DNA of 24,114 nucleotides. It comes from a virus (Duplodnaviria > Caudoviricetes). Both the position numbers and the translations under genes were made by a program. The stretch spans positions 1-24,114 of IMG/VR virus record IMGVR_UViG_3300008255_000468; one strand, given 5' to 3'. Within the stretch, counting starts at the first letter, position 1, and every line of letters starts with the position of its first letter. The notes under the pieces are model-generated. The model had not been told where the DNA came from. It saw only the letters and a list, made by a program, of their open reading frames with translations, and searched no databases. Of this stretch, positions 16,197 to 24,012 are shown in pieces.

Positions 16197-16940
16197 CTAA
16201 ACCTCGTTTGTTTTGTAGTCGATCTCAAGTACTTGAAGCACTCGCAATAGATCATCAGGCGACATTCCTTCAACCGGCTTTTCTATTGGCGACTGAGTGT
16301 CAGCGGCTGCTGGTGTATCAGTTGCTTGCGTCTTGATTGACTCGACTATATTTAGTAGCTTGTCGATTTCCGCTTGTTCGGTATCGTTGGCGATACTTCC
16401 ACGCTCGATAACTGCTGCAACTGTATCGAGTGACACTTGCTCAACAGCAGCAAGCGAACGCACGAACGCGAATGTCTCCGCGTATGCGGGAACTGGTACT
16501 AGACTGATATCGTCGATCCACACTTTATGAAGCACATGAAGACGCGGCTGGTTTCGACGCTGAATCCATTCGTCTTTAATCACGTAAAAAGCGAACGACA
16601 TTTGTGTGATGTCGCCACGTTTGACAGACTCCAGCGTCTCGTTGCCAAGTGGCGTGTCTGGCATGTCAATCGCGAACTTCAGACCGCGTTCGTCTTGCTC
16701 GATTCGCAAAGTGTTGTTCTCGCGTCCAGCCACAAAGCGCCCGAGAACGAAGTTCTCGTTGTGATTGCGCAATGCGAGAATATCTTTCGATCTTTCCAAA
16801 TCGAAAGCGCCCGGTTTGATAACCTCGGTGAACTTATTGTTGATCAATCCAGATTCGACATTGAACAAAGCAGCATATCCGACGAGCGTTCTACCATCCG
16901 CCGATATTGTGGATTCTAAGGATCTTATTTCTTTTTTCAT
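16197..16940 (-). CDS. HK97-family prohead protease
   Basis: GYAALFN, LRNHNENFVLGR, DERGL, QMSFAF, ISLVPVPAY motifs. Confidence 0.95.
   Translation of the reverse strand: MKKEIRSLESTISADGRTLVGYAALFNVESGLINNKFTEVIKPGAFDLERSKDILALRNHNENFVLGRFVAGRENNTLRIEQDERGLKFAIDMPDTPLGNETLESVKRGDITQMSFAFYVIKDEWIQRRNQPRLHVLHKVWIDDISLVPVPAYAETFAFVRSLAAVEQVSLDTVAAVIERGSIANDTEQAEIDKLLNIVESIKTQATDTPAAADTQSPIEKPVEGMSPDDLLRVLQVLEIDYKTNEV
16349..16355 (-). promoter_or_regulatory. T4-late-like promoter CTAAATA inside the protease gene
   Basis: About 155 nt upstream of the capsid start. Confidence 0.45.
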
Positions 16941-18856
16941 TACGCGACTCCGATGCTACATTTGCATCCTTTATGCAATGGTGGGTGATACACACTTTTC
17001 TTTATTTCAAGCTCGCCTAAAATCGTTCGACCTTTCGGAACATACGATCTAGACTGAAGATCCATTTCACTTTTGTGAAGCGTCTGACAGAACTTACAAG
17101 CACCTGGATTTGTTCGCCAAGTGATCTGACTTGGTGTGTAGCCAGCAACTACATACGAATCGACTGAGTACTTTCCATTCGCTGCGACAGCGATGTCGGA
17201 TGCGTCACCGTCCAACAAATCGAATTCAGCGTCGAAGGCTTCACTGATTTTCGAAATCAAATCCTCTGGTTTCTCGACAACCACAGCAGCGACTTTGGTT
17301 AGTCGCTCTTCAGTCACTCGAATAGACAGTTCCTTACTGAATTCGTCGAGCCACGCATCGTTGTTAATATCTACCACCTGATTCAGTTCCCGTGCGATGT
17401 CTTCTGCGACACCTTTCACCAGTCCGCGAAGCGATGGCGTCAACTGTTTCTGTGTGAAGTCGCGATGATCCGTCTTGTAGAAGTCGATCAATTCGCGAAG
17501 TTGGTCTTCGCTCTGCGAGTGTCGATTGAGCAACTTCACCACGTCGATCTTTTCGCGACGCAGGATGCGCCCGAGAGCGTCAGCAATCGGCGATGCGGCT
17601 GTCGTGCTGATCGCCTGACGGAGTTCACCTTGCGCCCGCTGAACCGCTTGGATGCGTGGAACCGCTGGTGCTGGCGACAGCGAGCGAACACCTATGTCTG
17701 TTTCCGAATCGTCAGCGCTGGTGTTCAACGGGAATCGAAGTTTGTCGCCACCTGCGAGAGCGTTCAGATTCTCGCGTTCGCGGATTTCGTTCGCTGTCAT
17801 CCAGCCTGACTGGATCGCAGCGGAGTAATACTTCTGTCTCGCATCCAAATCGACACGCTTCATTGAGTCGATTAGAAATTCAAGGAAGAAATCCTTGCGC
17901 TCGAATGGTGTGAACAGTTGCGTATTGATTGCTTGCTCGATATTCACGAATCGCGGACGCAAGCTCTGCAAGAAGTTCAGACCTTCTTGCTCGATATTGC
18001 TGAAGGTCGAGCGAGACAAGTCACCGACCATATGCGAAGGGACACGAAACGCGGCTGCAATCGTTGTGCGCTGGAAGTTCTGTATCGAACTGATGTCCGC
18101 TTCTTTCAGATTCAACGAAGGCAATGGTTTGTACTCGATACCGAATGGCTCGACGAATAAGCGCCCGGTCTTTTTTGAACCACGGTGCATTTGTTCGATT
18201 TGTTCTCGGATGAATGCTTTGTCTTCTTCATCCACCTTTTCGGATGGACGCAGCGTTCCGCCCGGAAACATTCCGTTCCGGAAGAACTCGTGCGTGAAGG
18301 TTGCAGTCTCGTTGCTCGATTGAATAACGCGACGCATTTGCTCAAGCGGACTAATACCGTTGATTCCGTTATCTGTGTATTCCAGCACGTGTAGAACATG
18401 CGTGTCAGGATAGATCACGTCACGCGACTGAACAAACCACTTGCGACCGTCATGCACAACTGCTTTCAATGCGCCCGATGGAAATGGTCGGATGCTTGTT
18501 ACATCGCCCATTTCATTGCGATCAACGAAGGCGAAGAACTCGCCATGCGTGAGCAAGTTGTGTGTCAGCGTGTAGAAGAATTGATATGCGGTCTGGTAAC
18601 CATTCGGTTTGCTGTGAAGGATGTCGTACAACGGATGATCCTTCGCCCGTTGCTTTCCTGAGTCCAGCCGCTCGTAGACAATAGCGGAATTACTCGCGAC
18701 AGTCTCACACAAGATGCGGATGCAACTAAAGACAGTCTCATTTCGCGAAAGTGAATCGTCGTTCCAATTGACGATGTTGGATTCAGTTTCGATTAGCGTG
18801 TTGCTCGATTTCATCGATTTACTGATCCAATTGCGGACTGTTTTAAGTAGTTGCAT
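16940..18856 (-). CDS. HK97-family portal protein fused to a C-terminal MuF/SPP1 gp7-like domain
   Basis: Portal motifs HPLYDILHSKPN, FRVPSHMVG, STFSNIEQ, GWMTANEIRERENL end near residue 370; the extension ends WRT...CKFC...HPPLHKGCKC. Confidence 0.9.
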   Translation of the reverse strand: MQLLKTVRNWISKSMKSSNTLIETESNIVNWNDDSLSRNETVFSCIRILCETVASNSAIVYERLDSGKQRAKDHPLYDILHSKPNGYQTAYQFFYTLTHNLLTHGEFFAFVDRNEMGDVTSIRPFPSGALKAVVHDGRKWFVQSRDVIYPDTHVLHVLEYTDNGINGISPLEQMRRVIQSSNETATFTHEFFRNGMFPGGTLRPSEKVDEEDKAFIREQIEQMHRGSKKTGRLFVEPFGIEYKPLPSLNLKEADISSIQNFQRTTIAAAFRVPSHMVGDLSRSTFSNIEQEGLNFLQSLRPRFVNIEQAINTQLFTPFERKDFFLEFLIDSMKRVDLDARQKYYSAAIQSGWMTANEIRERENLNALAGGDKLRFPLNTSADDSETDIGVRSLSPAPAVPRIQAVQRAQGELRQAISTTAASPIADALGRILRREKIDVVKLLNRHSQSEDQLRELIDFYKTDHRDFTQKQLTPSLRGLVKGVAEDIARELNQVVDINNDAWLDEFSKELSIRVTEERLTKVAAVVVEKPEDLISKISEAFDAEFDLLDGDASDIAVAANGKYSVDSYVVAGYTPSQITWRTNPGACKFCQTLHKSEMDLQSRSYVPKGRTILGELEIKKSVYHPPLHKGCKCSIGVA

Positions 18857-18863
18857 ATAACAG

Positions 18864-18870
18864 TATTTAG
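18864..18870 (-). promoter_or_regulatory. T4-late-like promoter CTAAATA
   Basis: 7 nt before the portal ATG; overlaps the terL stop codon. Confidence 0.6.
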
Positions 18871-20465
18871 AAAATCATAAAGTCGCGAACTGATGACTTC
18901 TTGCGGCTGGTACTCTTCACCGACTGTTGTATGCGAGCCCGATTCGCTTTATCGTGCGCCATGATTGCCGCGATTGCTAAGTCGATTCGTTGCTTACTCA
19001 GTCGCTTCGATGGTCGGATGCGATCTGTTGAAGTCTCGCGAGTGATTGCTAGATTCTCGATACACCAGTTCAAGACTTTGTTGTCGAAGTGGCGTATTCG
19101 GTCTGTGAGAATTGCAGACTCGAAATCAGTTGTCGCTGTGTGCATCCAAGAATAGTCTTGTTTGAACTTCGAGACTGGGAACTTTCTTTCATTCAATTCG
19201 AGCATTAGCTGTGAAGCGAGAGCGATATCGAAAGCGATGTCCTTTATTTTGAAGTCTTTCGCGAGAATGTCAATGTAGTCACGAAGAACTCGTTGGTCAA
19301 CAATAGGACCCGGTGTCGCTATCAAGTGACCACTTTCGACCCACTGGCTATATGGTTGTTGATCTCGCTGTTCATGTTCTAGGAGATACGCCGCTGGTGT
19401 AAAGCCATATGGTATTAGATAAAAGAGATCGTCCTTCACCACACAACCGACGATTGCTGTTAAGTCTTTCGTCGCTGATAGGTCGATACCGACATACATG
19501 TCGAGCCCGTGAAGATCCTCGATTGTGATCTCTGTTTCCTTTAGTTTCAACCACTTGTTAATCGCGATGAATGATGTTTCAGCAGTGGTCCACAGATTCA
19601 GATAGAGTCTTTTGAACGCATTCTGTTTCTCGGGTCTGTCTTTTGCTTCTTGGCACAGTTGTTCGAATGTATCGAGAGCAATATGTTTTCCCAATGCTGG
19701 ATTTACTTTGTGCCAGACTTTCGGGTCTGTCCAATCGTCTGATGGATCTGCTTCGCGAATAAAAGCGAAGTATGAATCGTTCTCCTTTTTGCCAGCGAGT
19801 ATATCTCTCGCGTATTGCAATTCTCGGAACCAGATAGTGTTTGTATCAGTTCCCGCTGTGCTGATCATGAACAATAGAGGCTGCTGTCTAGCATGTTGGC
19901 TGGTGGTGAGAGCGTCGAAGGCTTCTTGCGCCCGTGCTTTTACCCAACCATGCAATTCGTCAAGAATGATTGCGCTTGGATTGAAACCATGCAGTTTCAA
20001 TCCTTCACTCGACACGATCATCAATCGCCCGTTGTTCGACGGTGATAGCAGTTCGTTTTGCTTTTCGATGATTCGTCTTGAAAGCCACGGTGATGCTTGA
20101 ATGTAGTCCTTCGCCATTTGCAGAGCGATGTTTGCCTGATCTTTATCGACCGCTGCAAGAATGATGAGCGGTCGTGGTTCTTCGTCTACCAACAGAAGGA
20201 ATAGGCAAAGCAGAATAACGAAGGTCGTTTTACCTTGCTTTCGTGGCAGAGCCAAAGCACAGCGTTTGAAGCGACGCAGACCATTCGCTTTCTTGCATCC
20301 GAGAACTTCGCGAAGGATGTCCCACTGATATTCGTCGAGTTCGAATCCAAGATCACCCGCCTTTTCTGTGTCGATATATCGAATCTTTTGCAAGAAATTG
20401 GCGAAGCGAATCAGCGGCTGTTCATCGAAGGTGTATTGATTCTTTACTTTTCCTTTCTTCGCCAT
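18867..20465 (-). CDS. terL: Terminase large subunit (HK97-type)
   Basis: Walker A PRKQGKTT, Walker B IILDELH, ISTAG, GIDLSATKDLTA, RIDLAIA. Confidence 0.96.
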   Translation of the reverse strand: MAKKGKVKNQYTFDEQPLIRFANFLQKIRYIDTEKAGDLGFELDEYQWDILREVLGCKKANGLRRFKRCALALPRKQGKTTFVILLCLFLLLVDEEPRPLIILAAVDKDQANIALQMAKDYIQASPWLSRRIIEKQNELLSPSNNGRLMIVSSEGLKLHGFNPSAIILDELHGWVKARAQEAFDALTTSQHARQQPLLFMISTAGTDTNTIWFRELQYARDILAGKKENDSYFAFIREADPSDDWTDPKVWHKVNPALGKHIALDTFEQLCQEAKDRPEKQNAFKRLYLNLWTTAETSFIAINKWLKLKETEITIEDLHGLDMYVGIDLSATKDLTAIVGCVVKDDLFYLIPYGFTPAAYLLEHEQRDQQPYSQWVESGHLIATPGPIVDQRVLRDYIDILAKDFKIKDIAFDIALASQLMLELNERKFPVSKFKQDYSWMHTATTDFESAILTDRIRHFDNKVLNWCIENLAITRETSTDRIRPSKRLSKQRIDLAIAAIMAHDKANRARIQQSVKSTSRKKSSVRDFMIF

Positions 20466-20884
20466 GGTGTTGCTGTCGTTTTGGTATTGTCGAGCGAGTC
20501 ATCCTCATGCTCTTCAGTCACATGTGCAATGACAGATCGAGAGCGCGGAGACAAACCTAGTTGTATACAGATCTTGTGTATCGTTGCCTGACAGTCTTTA
20601 ATAATGTTGAGCAACGGATTCTTGACTATCGTTCGTTGACCATCTACCACGAGTTCTTCTTTATTGAGAGCCACAGACGCGCGACGTTTCAGATCGAGGT
20701 TGAGCACTAGATCTTCGAGTAACAGTCGATCAACATTCTTGAGTAGGTTGCCTTCGTCTAGTAGATAGTAGACTTCGCCCCATACCTCCGATTGCTCTGG
20801 AGTGAAATAGTCGGGAATACTAGCTTCCAACTTTGGCAGTTCATCGGTGCGGACACGGGCTTGTGGTCCTGGCTTGACTTTCAT
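20444..20884 (-). CDS. terS: Terminase small subunit (P27-family)
   Basis: KNPLLNII...QLGLSPRSRS motif; directly upstream of TerL. Confidence 0.9.
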   Translation of the reverse strand: MKVKPGPQARVRTDELPKLEASIPDYFTPEQSEVWGEVYYLLDEGNLLKNVDRLLLEDLVLNLDLKRRASVALNKEELVVDGQRTIVKNPLLNIIKDCQATIHKICIQLGLSPRSRSVIAHVTEEHEDDSLDNTKTTATPWRRKEK

Positions 20885-20891
20885 ATACAGA

Positions 20892-20898
20892 TATTTAG
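20892..20898 (-). promoter_or_regulatory. T4-late-like promoter CTAAATA
   Basis: 7 nt before the terS ATG. Confidence 0.65.
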
Positions 20899-20989
20899 CT
20901 TTTTGCTTATTGACAGATCCTTTGAAGGATTATCAATAAGAGTTTTCGGTGACTAGTACTAAAATGGTAAGGACCCTAAATCCTGTCAG

Positions 20990-21070
20990 ATAGACATACG
21001 AGTCGCCAAGGGAAGGGCTTCGACCGCGAAAAACTCAGAACTTCGACCCACCCTACCCTTGCCAGCGAGA
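20990..21070 (-). other. Probable cos packaging region
   Basis: Intergenic between HNH and terS, as in HK97-like cos phages; G-rich GGGTAGGGTGGGTCGAAGTTCTGAG; exact nick sites not determinable. Confidence 0.45.
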
Positions 21071-21075
21071 AAATA

Positions 21076-21426
21076 CTATAAACCTTTGCGTGTGTAATTG
21101 ATAAAGTGACAGCGAGAGCAAAGACAAAGTACGTTTGATTTGGTGAATCGCTTCAACCACGCATCTTTTACTTTCTCGACGTGGTGGACTTCGGTCGCGA
21201 GTTGTTGATTGCACTCCTGACATATAGGTGATTCCGACAATCGCAATTCGCGAAACCGTTTCCATTCAGCGGAATTGTAGAACCGTTTCAAGATCGGGTC
21301 TTTCTTCGCTTCGAGGTTGCGCCAAGATGCGCGTCTCAAGATACGAGCATGTTCCCGACAATAGCCTTTGTCCTCGGACTGTTGATCACATCCTGCAATC
21401 GAGCACGGTGTTGAATATAGTTGCAT
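21076..21426 (-). CDS. Terminase-associated HNH endonuclease (HK97 gp74-like)
   Basis: FYNSAEWKRFR...PICQEC...EVHH...NVLCLCSRCH; start uncertain (21426 or 21471). Confidence 0.9.
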   Translation of the reverse strand: MQLYSTPCSIAGCDQQSEDKGYCREHARILRRASWRNLEAKKDPILKRFYNSAEWKRFRELRLSESPICQECNQQLATEVHHVEKVKDAWLKRFTKSNVLCLCSRCHFINYTRKGL

Positions 21427-21516
21427 GTGTAGAAACACCGATGGCGCTGTGAAACCCTCGCGAAGAAGCACAGCGCCATCGAGACTCTAATTTGGAGAAA
21501 ATTAAATGAATCACTT

Positions 21517-21768
21517 CTATTTAGACGCCGTGAGAATTAGCGGCTGGAAATCGTCCAAGCATGTTTTGTTTCTCGCTGCAAGAAACGTCTGAAGATCCGT
21601 GATCAGTTTCACTTTGCGATATCGGATGTAGGACGGTGTTACTTTGTACTTCTTCTGCAATACATGTGACAGTTTGCTTTCGTCGAGAATGTCTTCGATC
21701 AATTCTCGATCAAGAGAATTGAACAGATCGATCTCTTCAATGACTTGCTCTTGTAGTGTCTTTCGCAT
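21517..21768 (-). CDS. Small helical, putative DNA-binding protein (sigma-region-4/RinA-like position)
   Basis: 83 aa upstream of HNH-terS; LSHVLQKKYKVTPSYIRYRKVKL is HTH-like; CTAGATA variant 5 nt before ATG. Confidence 0.45.
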   Translation of the reverse strand: MRKTLQEQVIEEIDLFNSLDRELIEDILDESKLSHVLQKKYKVTPSYIRYRKVKLITDLQTFLAARNKTCLDDFQPLILTASK

Positions 21769-21773
21769 ACAAG

Positions 21774-21802
21774 TATCTAGCTAGACGCGGAAAGCCTAAA
21801 TA
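21774..21802. promoter_or_regulatory. Divergent pair: minus-strand TAGATA variant and plus-strand CTAAATA
   Basis: 21774-21779 lies 5 nt before ATG 21768; 21796-21802 lies upstream of the fibre gene RBS. Confidence 0.55.
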
Positions 21803-21833
21803 CTGGATAGCTTCACACAATCGAGGTAGATAA

Positions 21834-23543
21834 ATGGCTTGGATGCTTCCACGAGTCGCGAAAGAACTTATTCGCGCATCACATATCAATACGCTTATCC
21901 AACAAATCCAGCAGTGGCAAGGCAACGTCGATGCAAACAGCAATCGCCTTATCAATATAGCCAATGCGATCAACAACGGTGATGCAATCAACAAAGGACT
22001 GCTAGACAGCGGGCTCGCAACGAAGGCAGCGTCGAGCCACGCGCATGCAATTGCTGATGTCACTTCGTTGCAAACAAGTCTCGATGGCAAAGCAAGCACC
22101 AGCCACAGCCACGCGATTGCTGACGTTACGAGCTTGCAGACTTCACTAGACGCGAAGGCAGCATCAACACACGGACACGTGATCAGCGACACGACGGGCT
22201 TGCAGACAGCACTCGATGGCAAGGCAGCATCAAGCCACACGCACGGGCTTGCTGATCTGACAGCGACGGGAACTAAAGACTCGACTACATTTCTCAGAGG
22301 CGACAACACCTGGGCAGTTCCCGCTGGTGGTGGTGGATCCGTGGAATGGGGAGACATCACGGGCACGCTGGCATCACAGACCGACCTTCAGACAGCGCTC
22401 AACGGGAAGGCGTCGAGCACACACAGTCACGCAATAAGCGATGTCACCAGTCTGCAGACCACGTTGGATGGCAAGGCTGCATCTAGTCACGGGCACGCCA
22501 TGGACCAAATCACTGGCTTGGAGTCAGCGCTTGGTGGCAAAGCAGCATCTACGCACAGTCACGCTATTGCGGACACCACTGGCTTGCAGACAGCACTGGA
22601 CGGGAAGGCAGCATCAAGCCACGGACACGTGATCAGCGACACAACGGGCTTGCAGACCACGCTTGATGGCAAGGCAGCGTCGAGCCACACGCACGGTCTG
22701 TCAGACCTGACAGCGACGGGCACCAAAGACTCGACAACCTTTCTGCGTGGCGACAACACTTGGGCAGTTCCCGCTGGTGGATCGAATTACATTGCGCCCG
22801 GTGCAATTGCAAGCAGACCAGCCGCCAATACCGTTGCGGCTGGATCTGTATATCTAGCCACAGACATACTAAACAAACAATGGATCAGCAACGGCACTGA
22901 TTGGATATCTGTCTATCACTCGCAGCCAGTGGTCGATCCTCCGGCTGCATCAGCATGGTCGCTGGTTTGGAATCATCCGTCGACAGCTACTACACTCACA
23001 GACCTTGGTGGTGGTGCTATCGAGCTAATAAGCGCTGTAGGCAGTGCTTCGCGCTATGGTGGATATGCTCGCATCGCTGTTCCAACAGCGACAGAGTGGT
23101 ATATCGAAGCAGACATCGATTTCCAAATGGCGTCGGGTGTCGTAACGAACTGGCTTTGCGGTCTCGGCTTCTTCACAGGAACCGATAGCTCTGATCTACA
23201 GGCGTGGTTGATAAATGTCTTTCCTGGCGCTAACAGGCAGCATGGCGTCGCTATTGCGAGAACGGACACAACTATCAATGACGCGCAAACAAACAGCACA
23301 TCGATCTACGGTGACTACTCATTACTCCCATTTTCGCGTACTCGATACAGAATCGGGCGCATCGGATCAAATAAAGTATTCGGTGTGTCGTTCAACGGAC
23401 AAACGTGGCTTGAGTACACAGCTGGATGGACAAGCACTTGGACACCGACCCATGTCGGTTTCGGTGTCCGGACTGGTGGTGGTGGATGGGAACGCGGGCG
23501 CGCGAACCTACATCATTGGCGAGAGATCATCGTAACAGCATAG
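21834..23543 (+). CDS. Fibre protein with HxH phage-tail repeats and a C-terminal globular (lectin-like) domain
   Basis: Nine KAASSHxH-type units of about 22 aa; TFLRGDNTW twice; aromatic beta-rich C-terminus; GAGGT RBS. Confidence 0.8.
   Translation: MAWMLPRVAKELIRASHINTLIQQIQQWQGNVDANSNRLINIANAINNGDAINKGLLDSGLATKAASSHAHAIADVTSLQTSLDGKASTSHSHAIADVTSLQTSLDAKAASTHGHVISDTTGLQTALDGKAASSHTHGLADLTATGTKDSTTFLRGDNTWAVPAGGGGSVEWGDITGTLASQTDLQTALNGKASSTHSHAISDVTSLQTTLDGKAASSHGHAMDQITGLESALGGKAASTHSHAIADTTGLQTALDGKAASSHGHVISDTTGLQTTLDGKAASSHTHGLSDLTATGTKDSTTFLRGDNTWAVPAGGSNYIAPGAIASRPAANTVAAGSVYLATDILNKQWISNGTDWISVYHSQPVVDPPAASAWSLVWNHPSTATTLTDLGGGAIELISAVGSASRYGGYARIAVPTATEWYIEADIDFQMASGVVTNWLCGLGFFTGTDSSDLQAWLINVFPGANRQHGVAIARTDTTINDAQTNSTSIYGDYSLLPFSRTRYRIGRIGSNKVFGVSFNGQTWLEYTAGWTSTWTPTHVGFGVRTGGGGWERGRANLHHWREIIVTA
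22023..22780 (+). repeat. 66-bp coding tandem repeats plus an internal duplication with 450-bp offset
   Basis: About 22154-22330 matches 22604-22780, mostly with third-position differences. Confidence 0.9.
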
Positions 23544-23551
23544 GTGGAATC

Positions 23552-23797
23552 ATGACGAAACAAGACTTAGAGCATATCAGTGAGAGAAAAGCACTACAAG
23601 CAGAGCTTGATCAATACAAGCAAGACCCGAACTTTATTCAGTTTCTTGATTTCATGCGGGTCTATCAATCAATGCCGGAGGCAATGACGGATAAAGAAGC
23701 AGATCGCTTTATTGATGAAGCAGTTGCGAAAGATCCGACACTGGCTGGTGTGGATGTTGTCGCAGAGAGACTGTCTCGGAAAACATTATCTAAATAA
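23552..23797 (+). CDS. Hypothetical protein, 81 aa, downstream of the fibre gene
   Basis: AGGTGG RBS before ATG 23552; followed by a terminator. Confidence 0.65.
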   Translation: MTKQDLEHISERKALQAELDQYKQDPNFIQFLDFMRVYQSMPEAMTDKEADRFIDEAVAKDPTLAGVDVVAERLSRKTLSK

Positions 23798-23819
23798 CAT
23801 CGATTGCTGGATGTTCAAA

Positions 23820-23862
23820 CAAAACACCCGACTGGTTTCGATCAGTCGGGTGTTCTTGTTTT
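23820..23862. terminator. Probably bidirectional intrinsic terminator
   Basis: AACACCCGACTG-8 nt-CAGTCGGGTGTT with A-rich and T-rich flanks. Confidence 0.8.
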
Positions 23863-23892
23863 AGATGTGTGTGGTTAGACACTTCTATGATT

Positions 23893-23937
23893 GTGTAAAG
23901 ACCCTTGTTGATCTGATCTAGTTCGCCCGCGCTTGTC
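23893..23937 (+). repeat. 45-bp direct repeat, copy 2 (duplicate of the wHTH gene 3' end)
   Basis: Identical to 52-96. Confidence 0.95.
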
Positions 23938-23974
23938 GTGCCACTTCTGGATAGTCTAGTTTTGTTGTTGTCAT
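23918..23974 (-). pseudogene. 18-aa ORF or truncated gene remnant (MTTTKLDYPEVARQARAN)
   Basis: Strong AGGAG RBS; runs out of frame into the 45-bp duplicate and stops. Confidence 0.35.
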
Positions 23975-24012
23975 ATGTGTTCTCCTAATGTTCGCTGTTA
24001 TTGTTCCCAAAA

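Noticed and set aside
21517-21768. Element-encoded sigma factor for the TAAATA promoters
   Set aside because: Only 83 aa, HTH-like, with no recognisable sigma region 2; not fully excluded without HMM or structure searches
22023-22780. CRISPR-like periodic repeats
   Set aside because: In-frame degenerate coding repeats with no unique spacers or cas genes
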